Positions 1 through 12,677 of a DNA stretch of 64,000 bases are shown here, piece after piece. The notes below the pieces were generated by a model. That model was not told the origin of the DNA and ran no database searches. It was given only the letters and a program-made list of their open reading frames with translations. The first letter of the stretch is position 1. Each line of letters starts with the position of its first letter. The translations under genes were made by a program, and so were the position numbers. Origin of the DNA: Octopus vulgaris (Eukaryota); NCBI GenBank assembly GCA_951406725.2, contig OX597826.1, positions 39,432,001-39,496,000 of the forward strand, in the 5' to 3' direction.

Positions 1-282
1 TTCCAAATATAGAGTTTATATACAATGTGGGATTCCAATACCTTATGAGTAAAATCCAACGGTATTTAAAATTGGTCATGCCAAGTACAGAATTTATACA
101 CAGTGTTGTAGAGTCAAAGGTTTTTTAAATTTAAAGTGCATATATGCATATATATGTATATATGAACATATATATATATACATATATATATGTATATATA
201 TATGTATATATATACATATATATATGTATATATATGTCTATATATGTATATATAAATGTCTATATATGTATATATAAATGTC

Positions 283-316
<34 letters not shown>

Positions 317-318
317 GG

Positions 319-374
<56 letters not shown>

Positions 375-433
375 CGTATATGTATATATGTATATATATA
401 TATGCATATGTATATAAATATATATGTATATAT

Positions 434-467
<34 letters not shown>

Positions 468-656
468 GTATATATATGTATATATATGTATATATATATA
501 TATTATGTGAAATAGAAAGATGAATAATCTTGTAGTAGATTAATCAAAAGTTTAACCGATACCTTAGTAGCAAAAATCACAGCAGTAAAACAGCACGGTT
601 GGAGGTACAACCATATGGTGTTGCAACCGTGCGTTGGTGCGGATAATTGAAATTAG

Positions 657-1122
657 AACATTATTGGTGAATTGAAGAAATGGAGCTGAACGCAGATTGA
701 ACAGAAATCGTTTTATTTCATTCTACACGTGTTTCGAAAGGCACAAATTACCAAAATCCGATGGAATAATGGGACCATATTGTGTCTTTCTCTTCAGGAA
801 GAAAATAGGAAATTCGTTGGAAAACAAAAACAGAACAGAGGCGGAGCAAAAACAAATCGAACTATGCTCCTAAGAGCCCATGGCGTCCAAGTTTCGCCAT
901 GGGCTCTTAGGAGCATAGTTCGATTTGTTTTTGCTCCGCCTCTGTTCTGTTTTTGTTTTTCCAACGGATTTCCTATTTTCTTCCTGAAGAGAAAGACACA
1001 ATATGGTCCCATTATTCCATCGGATTTTGGTAATTTGTGCCTTTCGAAACACGTGTAGAATGAAATAAAACGATTTCTGTTCAATCTGCGTTCAGCTCCA
1101 TTTCTTCAATTCACCAATAATG

Positions 1123-1124
<2 letters not shown>
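657..1124. repeat. Near-perfect inverted repeat (arms 657-885 and 895-1124, 9-nt loop), part of a PLE pLTR-like cassette (~503-1124) between (TA)n tracts
   Basis: Arms are reverse complements with about one substitution and one 1-nt indel. Each arm carries a hammerhead motif. Confidence 0.95.
981..1060 (+). ncRNA. Type I hammerhead ribozyme motif (mirror copy on - strand at ~721-800)
   Basis: ttc CTGAAGA [GAAAGACACAA...TTGTGCCTTTC stem II] GAAAC ACGT GTA gaa. Palindromic stem III loop; AATAAA just downstream. Confidence 0.8.
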
Positions 1125-1188
<64 letters not shown>

Positions 1189-1194
1189 GTATAT

Positions 1195-1657
1195 ATAACT
1201 TAGAATAACTTAGAAAGGTTTTGGCCAGTGCTGGCCCAGGCCATGTCTAACTTAATAGCACCACCTGGCGAAGTCTTTCAATTCAGGATTTGGGCACCAA
1301 AGCCCATTCGAGCAGAGAGTTATTGTTTGCGGAGACATATCCGGGTGTGGGTGGTTTGTCCGGGACTGTTTGAAGGAATTTGTCCAAAGACTTCTTGAAT
1401 TTTGTGTGGTCAGTTTCTGTTTTGACGTGTCCTAGTGTAATGTTGAGGGGAGCGGGTCCATTTGAGGTGAAATAATTGTGCTGTATTGTTTTTATGAGAT
1501 GTGATTTAGATTTTTGTTGTGGACGGTTGGCACGGGGTCCAAGTCTTGGATGTATTTTGAGGGTGATGCCAGCATCATTTGGACAGTGCCGATGAAATAT
1601 TTTATACATCATACAGATAATGTAGCGTTCACGGCGTCGTTGGAAAAAATTCAGTTT

Positions 1658-1658
<1 letters not shown>
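1195..1658 (-). mobile_element. CR1/L2-group LINE 3' fragment
   Basis: Translation QRRRERYII...FKKSLDKFLQTVPDKP...NSLLEW is typical of the CR1-group RT C-terminus. Short tandem tail (taacttagaa)x2 abuts (TA)n. Confidence 0.8.
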
Positions 1659-1744
<86 letters not shown>

Positions 1745-1967
1745 GTATATATAAATAGAAATACTCTTACTTCTAAACCTCTCAGAGAGAGAGCCATTCA
1801 GTAACAGTTCTTTAAACTAAAAGGTAATTGAATTGCCAACATAATATGGCTGGAAGTGTAGTCTACAATATCAACAACATGAATTTCTTCAATCCTCTTG
1901 ATCTTTTAAGGTATTTGAGAAAACTTACGTTAATGTGGCCAACTGCTTAAAATTCTATTTCTTTATT

Positions 1968-2055
1968 CATGAGCTGATAATGCCCCTGCATTTAAATTGA
2001 TGTAATGATTGCATTGTTCAATTCAATGGACTCACTTGAAACGGTCGTACTACAT
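1968..2055 (+). ncRNA. Degenerate hammerhead motif
   Basis: CTGATAA ... TGAAAC GGTC GTA ctacat. Core has substitutions and stems are weak. Confidence 0.35.
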
Positions 2056-2199
2056 CACTACATGGCATCCTGTTGCTTATTTTGATTTTATTCACTTTAC
2101 ATCGAGCTGTGCGGATAATAGCAAACTGACTTGGTGCTTCAACTTAAGTAACTAATTCAACTGAATCTCAATTATTTCTTAACCATATATATATTTTTT

Positions 2200-2658
2200 T
2201 CATATATAAATATATAGATCAATATATACATATACATACACACAAACACATATATATATATGTATGCAAATACATACATACATAGGCAGAAATATACTCA
2301 CAAACATATGCATATATATCTATACTTATAATCGTACATGTTCTCGTGACAACAACGTAGAAACATACTTATGCTAAAGCATATGTTTATGAGTACATAC
2401 TTATACACATAAACAAACGATCATATACATACACAAGAGCATACACACAGCAAGACATCGATAGACCAAAACACATAATTGTATACACATACACACTCTT
2501 CCTTAAGCAAATATACGCTATTGTTCAATTACAAAATGCTTACGAACAGGAGACGCTAGGAATTTAAAATGACGTTATCGAAACGAACTAGATATTGTGA
2601 GAGAAGGAGATGTATAGAAAGATTGGGAGGGGGAAAGAAGGGAAGGATAAAACAAAGT

Positions 2659-2703
<45 letters not shown>

Positions 2704-5055
2704 GAGAGGAGCGTGCAAATTGTAAATATTAAAATGTGTATGAAAAGAAATGAAAGAAAGGGAGAGGGGGAAAATTATGGGATGTACGATGGAAGAAAAA
2801 TAAAAGAAAATTTGCAGAAATTATTATTAGGTTATTGGAGCCCACCCACATACAGAAGGATACACATCCCAAATCATCGACAGACACAAACACACTATAA
2901 CAAACCCATGCACACACTTACTAAGCACATATACATTATTGTGCACGCCGAAAATATACATACCCACGATAGCAAAAACGGGTATATACGCATATACATA
3001 TATGGAAAGCCAGGTAGCAAGGGAACTCTAAAATTTTTAAATGGTTTTAGGGAAATTAACTAGATTGGGTGAGAGAAGGACAAAAGGAATAGAAAGATAT
3101 GGAAGGAAAAATAACAGGAGGTAGAAAGAGAGAATTACGAGGAACAGGCGAATTGTATGCATGAAAATGCCCAAAAGAAAAGTAAAGAATGGAGAGTAAA
3201 GTTTATGGGAAGTAAGATGGAAAAATTATTAGGTTACGGGTGGATATTATTTTTCCAATGGAAACATTTCTAAACTATCTTTGTAAATTTGTTTATCAAT
3301 TTATGTTTAGAGAAGAGACTAAAATACTGCTCTTCCGTGAATAAAAGAGAAAGATTTCCCTTTCTCATAAGGAAAAGATCTAGAAAGAATTTATCTTTCC
3401 AAAGAAAAAGATTTGTTAGAGTCCTTGAGGCCATAGATTAGTTTACTGAGTCCGTACAGTTCCGCTTACGATTGTATTTATAGGTAGAGAAGTGGTTGGC
3501 CAGAATGGATTTCAATAATTTTGAGGATGATCCAATATAAAAATATTCTTTGTTACCAGAAGTAACCTTGCATTGGTAAAAGGCGTTTTTAATTCTGCAG
3601 TTTCCATTTAGTACACAGGTTTTACCAGGGCCACAATTGCAAACGCTGGTTGTTTTGTTGTTACCATTTAAGGAGAGATTATTGTTAATGTTATTGTTAG
3701 TGTTAATAAGGTTACTATTATTATTAGAAGAGAGATTAAAACCTCTTAGAATACAGTTATTATGTTAAGATATAATTTGTAAGATGTTACTGGTATTGGA
3801 AAAACCTACTCTAATACGGTGGGTGTTAAAGCTCGAGTGATATCAAGAATTAATGGGGAAGTTTCTTTCTATTGCTTGGCGAAATAATAGGGGAAGGTTA
3901 CTTTTTACTTGTTTACCGTATGGAATAATTAACCGAATATTTTTATTAGGGGAGTGTGACTCATGGCAAGAATTAATACTAAAAATCTTTGTAGCGTAAG
4001 AATTTTTACCTCTTTCTACCTCCTGTTTTTTCTTCCATATCTTTCTATTCCTTCTGTCCTTCTCTCAGCCAATCTAGTTAATTTCCTTAAAACCATTAAA
4101 CATTTTTAGAGTTCCCTTGCTATCTGGCTTTCCATATATCTATAGGCGTATATACCCGTTTTTGCTATTGTGGGTATGTATATTTTCGGTGTGCACAATA
4201 ATGTATATGTGGTTAGAGTATGCATGGGTTTGTTATAGTGTGTTTGTGTCTGTCGATGCTTTGAGATGTGTGTGCCCTTCTGTATGTGTGTGAACTCCAA
4301 TAACCTAATAGTAATTTCTGCAAATTTTCTTTTATTTTTTCTTCCATCGTACATCCTATAATTTTCCTCCTCTCCCCTTCTTTCATCCCTTCTTCCCCCT
4401 CCCAATCTGTCTATCTCTTCTCTCACAATATCTAGTTCGTTTCGATAACATTATTTTAAATTCCTAGCGCCCCCCGTTCGTATGTAGGTATTTTGTGAAG
4501 GGACAATAATATCTATTTGCTTAAGTATGAATGTGTATGTGTATACAATTATGTGTTTGGGTCTATCAATATCATGGGATGTGTATGCTCTTGTGTATGT
4601 ATATGATCGTTTGTTTATGTGTATAAGTATGTGCTCGTAAACGTATACTTTAGCATAAGTATGTTCCTATGTTGTTGCCGAGAGAATATGTACGAGTATA
4701 TATATAGATATATATGCATATGTTTGTGAGTATAATTCTGCCTATATATGTATGTATTTGAATACATAAGTATATTGTGTTTTTCTTGTAGATATATAAT
4801 GTTTATATTTACACGTCACTTATTTGAATGTGTACGCGCGTGTGCATATGAATATAAATACATTATATTTTATGGGACTTTCTATTTCTGTTAACTTGTA
4901 ATTTATATCCTTTCTGGTGAGTTCAATGCATTGATGACCATAATTTATCCTGTCGGATATTTTGGAGAGCATCCGTCGAAACATATGTGGAAGAATCATA
5001 TTATAATTCTGCTTCTTCTTTCCCTAGTTAGTTCGTCCGTTACGCTCTTCATATA
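2200..5055 (-). mobile_element. Penelope-like element (Naiad-type) remnant with GIY-YIG endonuclease and inverted pLTR
   Basis: Minus strand ~3950-3300 encodes interrupted NIRLIIPYGKQVKSNL..FNTHRIRVGFS and VCNCGPGKTCVLNGNCRIKNAFYQCKVTSGNKEYFYIGSSSK..H..LSKLIYGLKD. Arms ~2258-3131 and ~4010-4768 are diverged inverted repeats. Confidence 0.85.
4909..4993 (+). ncRNA. Degenerate hammerhead motif at the end of the inverted pLTR
   Basis: cttt CTGGTGA G ... CGAAAC ATAT GTG gaag. Core and cleavage triplet are mutated. Confidence 0.45.
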
Positions 5056-5211
5056 ATATATAAGAGGAGGGATAGAGAAGTAGTGAGAGTGAGAGAGTGA
5101 GAGAGTGGTCATAGAAAGTGTGTACGTGTACGTGTGACATTCTGTGTGTGTTTATAGATAGATAGACACATGTATCTATACATATTTATACATGCATGTA
5201 TAGATGTGTAT

Positions 5212-5300
<89 letters not shown>

Positions 5301-5307
<7 letters not shown>

Positions 5308-6114
5308 AAAACTGAGAATGTGTGTGTGTGTGTGTGTGTGTCTGTCTGTCTGTCTGTCTGTTTCCCTAAAACTTGAGAACTACACAACCAATTTCATTCA
5401 AATTTTACACATGCCTTCCTTGGAGTCCGGGGAGTGTCATCGACAAAAGGTTTTTAACTTTTTGCCTAGGGCGAGCCCACAGCAATATCATATCTTCTCC
5501 ACTACGATTCCCTAAAACTTGAGAACTACACAACCAATTTCATTCAAATTTTACACCTGCCTTACTTAGGGTCCATGTAGTTTCATGGGAAAAAAAATGT
5601 TCAACTTCTTGCCTAGGGCGAGCCCATAGCAATATCATATCTTCTCCACTATTTCAGTATTACGTGTTAAAAGTGAAGCAAAAACATTTCTCTATTTTAT
5701 GTCAGATACTTTCAATTTAACAATAAAAATTAAAGATAATAATAACAATTGAATTATATGTAGTAAGTAATAATTAAAATCAAACTAAAGTATAATATAA
5801 TCGTAACATAACAAAAGTAAAAATAGCAATTGGTATAAAATTGCATCAATGACTTGAACTTGAATAAGTGGTTTCACATGAATGGGAATAAATTAAAAAT
5901 AAAATTAGCGTGAACAAATGGAATAGTCCTACAATTCCGGTCTGTTATATATTTTCAGTGTTGTTATCACTAGCGATATCAAGATGTAACTTTGTATTTT
6001 GTATTTTATGTGTAGATGTATATATATAGATGTACATGTAATATGTGCACATGTATATACACATATATACATGCACTAGCACTATGACCCGGCAAAGACG
6101 GGTCATAATGCTAG
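5301..6114 (+). mobile_element. Non-autonomous Helitron-like element with internal ~145-bp duplication
   Basis: TCTATAAAA 5' start, then (TG)/(TCTG) repeats and CAACCAATTTCATTCAAATT. Duplicate blocks at ~5361-5503 and ~5508-5651. 3' hairpin TATGACCCG..CGGGTCATA followed by CTAG|T. Confidence 0.7.
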
Positions 6115-6133
6115 TATATATATATATATATAT

Positions 6134-6179
<46 letters not shown>

Positions 6180-6824
6180 TAGACACACATATCTATACTT
6201 ATCTATAGATACATGTATAGATATGTGTAAACTGTAAATCGGGGATGGGGTTCTTATCTATACATAGCTAATGAAACAAATTCCGAAATTGAAATCAAAC
6301 GTTATTCAAACGTAATCTGCTTCGGACAAATAAAGCAAATTCTGAAATTGTAATGAAATGTTAGTCAAAATGTAGAGGGATTTTTTTTTATCGCGAATGC
6401 CACTGACTTACGCAGGTACGCGCGACGAGAAACAATGTGCAGTTATTAATGTAACAAGCTGTTAATTCCTTACTGCCTGTTGATGAGCTAAAATTACCCA
6501 AATTTTCAAATTTTAATTCCAAATACCATCAGATTCTTAATTTACGAAATAACGTAATTACTCGAGAAAAATCAAAATTCAGAACTGCATCGATACACCA
6601 AGAAAAATTAAAGGGGGATAATTTTGTGAGTGAAACTTAGAAGATCCGAATTGCCTATAGCTGTTCATTTTCATCAATTCTTTTCGTGTTTTTTATAGAT
6701 ATTATCTTGTATTTCTTTTGTACTTATAAACTGCATTTATCATGAACCGGCAACAACAACTGGAAGCTGCTCACGCGAAAATGAGGCGCTATCAGCAGAC
6801 AATAAGGGAAGAGCAGAGGCAAGA

Positions 6825-7131
6825 AAAAAACTGTCATTACTTTCGAGACAGTACTTCGTGATACACCAAACATTTCGGGTGTTTTCATAACGCTGGCGCT
6901 TGCCATACGAACACCAACAATTTCACCTCTTTGAAAGAATGAAAGATCTGTCATTTTAATGAATTTTAATTACTTTTTTCTGATATCTTGAAACAAACAG
7001 CCAGCAAAACATATTAAGCAGCATAAATAATAAATAAAAAAACATAAAAATAAACACGCTTTTGAGGATTTAAAGATATTTCACAATTATGATGCTATGA
7101 TGCTAGGTGTTTCCATAATTTTGTCCATCCC

Positions 7132-7134
<3 letters not shown>
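6825..7134 (-). mobile_element. Tc1-like transposon 5' fragment
   Basis: TA|CAGGGGATGGACAAAATTATGGAAACACC terminus and the N-terminal HTH MTDLSFFQRGEIVGVRMASASVMKTPEMFGVSRSTVSKV. Confidence 0.8.
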
Positions 7135-7180
<46 letters not shown>

Positions 7181-7392
7181 TATGTTTGTTTGTGTTTCTC
7201 CTCCCACCATTGTTTGACAACCGATGTTGGTGTGTTTACATTCCTATAACTAAGCGGTTCAGTAAAAGAGGCCGCTTGAATAAGTACTAGGCTTACAAAG
7301 TCCTGCGAACGATTTGTTTGACAAAAAGGCAATACTCCAGCATTCTTTTACTTGTTTCAAGTGACTGAAGTAATTAAAAGAATAAAAGTATG

Positions 7393-7441
<49 letters not shown>

Positions 7442-7449
7442 ATGTGTGT

Positions 7450-7549
7450 NNNNNNNNNNNNNNNNNNNNNNNNNNNNNNNNNNNNNNNNNNNNNNNNNNN
7501 NNNNNNNNNNNNNNNNNNNNNNNNNNNNNNNNNNNNNNNNNNNNNNNNN
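7450..7549. other. Assembly gap (100 N)
   Basis: Run of N. The same (TA)n-cctatgtgtgt motif occurs on both sides. Confidence 1.
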
Positions 7550-7594
<45 letters not shown>

Positions 7595-7798
7595 ATGTGT
7601 GTGTGTGCGTGTATGTGTATATATGTATATATGTATATATGAGTGTGTACAATAACATCTACGTAATAATATATCAAAATAATAATATATATACACCATT
7701 TTTAAATAAACAATTGACTGAAATATGATGAGCTAACAAACTTCCATAGTCGCTCTATTTCCCTAACTTACAAAACCCAGTTTGTTTACAAATATATA

Positions 7799-7839
<41 letters not shown>

Positions 7840-7954
7840 AAAGCAATAAAGATTCAAGTTAATTTAAATGAATTTACTTGAATATGGTACTAACTTAGAT
7901 GCACCAAAACAAACTATACGGTTTTAACAATACAGTAATGTGGGGTGATTATAA

Positions 7955-8125
7955 GCGAGAAAGAAGCAACAAGAATGGATAGGTTTTTAGTACAATCGTT
8001 TCATACAAGGACAGGCTTTATTAAAAGTTGCAAAAATTGCTGCAATTTTTGCAACTTTTAATAAAGCCTGTCCTTGTATGAAACGATTGTACTAAAAACT
8101 CCATTCTTGTTGCTTCTTTTCTCGC
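7955..8125. repeat. Fold-back inverted repeat (~85-bp arms, 1-nt loop at 8041) in a (TA)n-flanked cassette ~7835-8126
   Basis: gcgagaaag...caaaaattgc T gcaatttttg...ctcgc. Includes a hammerhead 3' half, TGAAAC GATT GTA. Confidence 0.9.
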
Positions 8126-8203
<78 letters not shown>

Positions 8204-8227
8204 CATTACCTGAGTCATTCTTGTTGC

Positions 8228-8270
<43 letters not shown>

Positions 8271-9099
8271 ATACATATATACATACATATATATGTATAT
8301 ATATATAAATACATACATACATATATATATATATGTACGTATGTATGTGTATATATATATCTATATATATATAGTATTTTTTAAATTAATAACTAATTGA
8401 TTTTACCCTTAATTATTGATTAAACATATATATATATATGCACGCACTATATTGTTTCCTGTGTATTCAGGTATTTTACTGCAAACATATTTAATTAGAT
8501 CTATCGCAATATTTCGAGTTTTTTCATCATGCTAGCACCTTTATATCAATAAAGTACATTTTTGTATGGCAAAGTTTAATATATTTGTCATTGTAAACAC
8601 ATGTGTGTATGTGCGTGTATTTGTGAGTGTGTGTGTGTGTGTGTGTGTGTGCGTGTGAGTGTGTATATGTTCGTTTATGTGCGAGTGCATCTTTCGTAAA
8701 TGTTTATCCTCGTGATACCTGTAAATGAGAAAACAAATTCGGTGTATTTGAAAAAACAAACTGTGCACGTGAGTGTGCACGCGTGTGTGTATATGTTTTG
8801 AGAGAAGGACAGAGAGTAAACGCTGAAATAAATTGTAATACAATGTCAGAACGTAAATAAATTTCAACGGCTGGGAATTAAGAGGTGTGATAGATATTAT
8901 TTTATTGATCTTACAATCCTTGTATCTTTGAACTGCAAACTCATCAATGAAAATCGACTGAGAACAAGGCCAAAAGGTGAGAGGAAATATTTGAATTCAT
9001 TGAAGCTGTACTTGATAATTTACTGTCAGGGATTCTGTGAAGTGCAATGTTGTCGGTTGCAGGTTTACAGGGAGACACTCAAGGTATTTATGATGGCCC

Positions 9100-9720
9100 C
9101 ACAGGCAATATTACATATGTGGCACAACCGTCACCACGCCGGCAAAAAGCATAGCGTCATTTCATTCGTCTTTATGTTCTGAGTTCAAATTCCGCCAAGT
9201 TCGACTTTGTCCATCATCCTTTCGAGCCCAATAAAATAAGTACCAGTTACCCCTCCCCTAAAATTTCAGGTTTTGTGCCAAAATTTGAAACCAATACTAC
9301 ATACATTAATAAGGCGGTGAGCTGGTGGAACCATTAGCACGGCAGACAAAATGCTTAGCGACATTTCATTCGTCTTTACGTTCTGAGTTCAAATTCCGCC
9401 GAGTTCGACTTTGTCCATCATCCTTTCGGGCCCAATAAAATAAGTACCAGTTACCCCTCCCCTAAAATTTCAGGCCTTGTGCCAAAATTTGAAACCAATA
9501 CTACATACATTAATAAGGCGGTGAGCTGGTGGAACCATTAGCACGGCAGACAAAATGCTTAGCGACATTTCATTCGTCTTTACGTTCTGAGTTCAAATTC
9601 CGCTGAGGTCGACTTTGCCCTTCATCCCTTCGAGGTCGATAAATTAAGTACCAGTTGATGTAATCGACAACCGTTCTTCTTTAAAATTTCCGACACTGTG
9701 CCTATAGTAGAAAGGATTAT
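9100..9720 (+). mobile_element. Head-to-tail array of ~3 tRNA-derived SINE units (period 204 bp)
   Basis: aaggcggtgagctgg at 9311 and 9515. B-box-like gttctgagttcaaattcc occurs three times. Degraded units continue to ~10150. Confidence 0.85.
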
Positions 9721-11029
9721 TTTTATTATTAAGAACAGCTAAACTGTCGAGTTGGCAAAATCAGTAGAGCGTCGGAGAAAATGACCTGAGGCACTTCTAC
9801 GGTCTCGTTACATACTGGATTTTAATCCTGACGAGGTCAACTTTTCCGTGCATCTTTTTGAGGATCGATAAAATGATGTACCAGTTAAGTACTGAGGCCA
9901 ATGTCATCTACTAACATCCTCTCTCACAAATGCTGGTCTTCTGCTTAAGTCAGGAACTCCTATCATTAAGAATGGTGGATATCAGAAATGATAGAGCACT
10001 GGAGAAAATGCTTTACGGTATTTAGATGTGGCCCATTGTTTTTCTGTCTTAATTTCACTGATCTCAAGATTCAGTGAATTAAAAAAACTACTAACATTGA
10101 TCTAAACGTTTAGACTTTTCCCAAACTTCAGGCCTTCTCTAAACTTCAGCTAATGCTAGAAATCATCTATCAATATTCAAGCAGTTATGTTGATATTGCA
10201 GTGTCATGATCATGATTTCGACTTAATGTGTGTGTGTGTGCTTGTGTATGTATGTGTGTGTGTGTGTGTGTGTGTGTGCGTATATATGTTCGCATAGTGC
10301 CGAGCCGCGATATTTTCTGAATACTCTCTATCTTATACAGACACAAGTATACAACCAGATAAACCATTATGTCGAGGCGGTTATATATTTGTATTTATTT
10401 TAACTATTTCCTAATTAATGGGAACTAATAGAGAGTTTCTATCTTTCTTACATTTTTGATATCACTTTTGACATGTCTTTATACTACAGTAATTTCTCCA
10501 TTTCTTCTGATGGTTTTTTTTTACAATATCTGGATGATTATCCTTACTCGCTTTGTGTGCGTAAATTTATACATTCCTGAATATTCACAAATTCCATCAT
10601 GTGAAACAGTTTGCGTCTTTCATCTACACATACATCATGATAATGATATACTCCTATCTCTATTAATTTCGATTCTACCCTCATTGTTCGCTAATACAAT
10701 GTAACTACAAATCACGTAACAAGAACTCCACAGTTTCCAGAAATACAGTTACATTTTGTATTCTATCTCTGTGTATATGTGTCGGTCGTCTCTGGCAGTA
10801 GGACTTTGAATTTTGAGTCCTGACTTTGTAGAGTTTGTTTATCTATTTACTTTCTATACAAAACATTTTCTTGCCAACATTTTAGCAAGGTATTTTGTAG
10901 TCAGTTTTTAAATTTTGGATGCAGTTATATCTGATTTTGACTTGTCTTTTCATAGTCTATAGAATTATTGGAATTAGTCTCCCTTCAATTTTCACTCTAT
11001 ATTTTGTAGTCCTACTCTACTCTTTTTTT

Positions 11030-11262
11030 TTACTCTTTTACTTGTTTCAGTCATTTGACTGCGGCCATGCTGGAGCACCACCTTTAGACGAGCAAATCGA
11101 TCCCGTGACTTATTCTTTGTAAGCCCAGTACTTATTCTATCGGTCTCTTTTGCCGAACCGCTAAGTGACGGGGACGTAAACACACCAGCATCGGTTGTCG
11201 AGCAATGCTAGAGGGACAAACACAGACACCACAAACGCACACACACACACATACACACACAG

Positions 11263-11349
<87 letters not shown>

Positions 11350-11509
11350 TACGACGGGCTTCTTTCAGTTTCTGTCTACCAAATCCACTCACAAGGCTTT
11401 GGTCGGCCCGAGGCTATAGCAGAAGACACTTGCCCAAGATGCCACGCAGTGGGACTGAACCCGGAACCATGTGGTTGGTTAGCAACCTACTTACCACACA
11501 GCCACTCCT
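11030..11509 (-). mobile_element. Octopus-type tRNA-derived SINE (family A) with internal (TA)n(TG)n
   Basis: Head GGAGTGGCTGTGTGGTAAGTAG...GGTTCAGTCCC. The body is shared with at least 7 other copies in the window. Confidence 0.9.
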
Positions 11510-11723
11510 GTTATTTTATAACAGTTTTCTAGTTGTAGACCTCCTCTAATCTCCCTGTGTTCGTAGATTATATAATCAGTGACGAGTTTCTGTATTCTAA
11601 ATGTGCCTATTGCTATTATTTTATTTTTATGAAGGGCTCTTAAGTTATTGAGATTCCTGTTGAGAACATTGGCATTGGTAAATATTTTGGCAACAACGAT
11701 AATATTGCTGCTTATTGCTTTAA

Positions 11724-11943
11724 CCCTTTAGTGTTCAGATTACTCTGTTAAATGTAATACTTTTTCACTCAAATTGTTTTGAATTAATCATGCATTATCT
11801 CATAGCTTTGAGGTTTCAATGATGTGATTGTTTATTTTTTGAATGTCAATGTAGGTTAGGTTTGAGGGGCTAGATATTCCCAGTTTGATTATAAAACATA
11901 TAGAATATTTGGGCCAGATATGGCCGGTTTAAACACTAAAGGG
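11724..11943. mobile_element. piggyBac-like MITE
   Basis: TTAA|CCCTTTAGTGTT ... AACACTAAAGGG|TTAA; 220 bp. Confidence 0.85.
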
Positions 11944-12272
11944 TTAATAGTGATATTTTTTTACATTATTCCTTCCTGACATTTTCTCTTCATTTTGGGT
12001 GTGTATAATTAGTTCATTTATTTCTAATTATTTGTGAGCTTGTTCTTTGTATTAACTCTACTTAACGTTTTTTCATCACGTTTTTCATACCATGTTCACG
12101 ATTTTTTCCCGAGCCAAATTTCACTAAAATGTTTCGATTGGATAAATACTGCATAGGCAGCAGCAATCCCAGTTTTTGCATCTACAATATACATACTTTA
12201 GGCCGAAGCTAATTGTCGTCCCGTTGCATAAATAAGTAATTTTCATCCTCAAATACGTGAAGCTGATTAAAG

Positions 12273-12310
<38 letters not shown>

Positions 12311-12367
12311 TGAAAATTGTATGTATATGTATATATATATACATACATACATACATACATACATACA

Positions 12368-12427
<60 letters not shown>

Positions 12428-12521
12428 ATCCAAACAAGAAAGCACAAAAAAACACAACAACGCGAGGACGTGGAACAAATATAGTATTATTGGACGCTCA
12501 GGAAAGAAGGAAACAAGGAGA

Positions 12522-12556
12522 GTTTAACGTTTCGAGCGGAGCTCTTCGTCGGAAAC
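12522..12556 (-). ncRNA. Minimal hammerhead motif in a ~175-bp (TA)n-flanked cassette (12424-12597)
   Basis: Reverse complement: gttt CCGACGA A GAGC TCC GCTC GAAAC GTT aaac. Core is a variant (CCGACGA). Confidence 0.6.
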
Positions 12557-12595
12557 ATAGCAGAAGGAAAGATCCAGAGAAGGGAAGACAGAGAG

Positions 12596-12677
<82 letters not shown>

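Noticed and set aside
729-1084. Overlapping ORFs on both strands (109, 96 and 60 aa)
   Set aside because: Artefact of the palindrome; no protein motif.
7390-7600. Direct repeat around the N gap
   Set aside because: Likely overlapping contig ends, an assembly artefact.
9030-9083. Possible upstream exon (tgtcag...aag|gtattt) of the channel gene
   Set aside because: Weak splice sites, and the phase-compatible translation is not signal-peptide-like; needs RNA evidence.
9100-9720. CRISPR-like or tRNA-gene array
   Set aside because: Units are eukaryotic SINE copies with no unique spacers and no complete cloverleaf.
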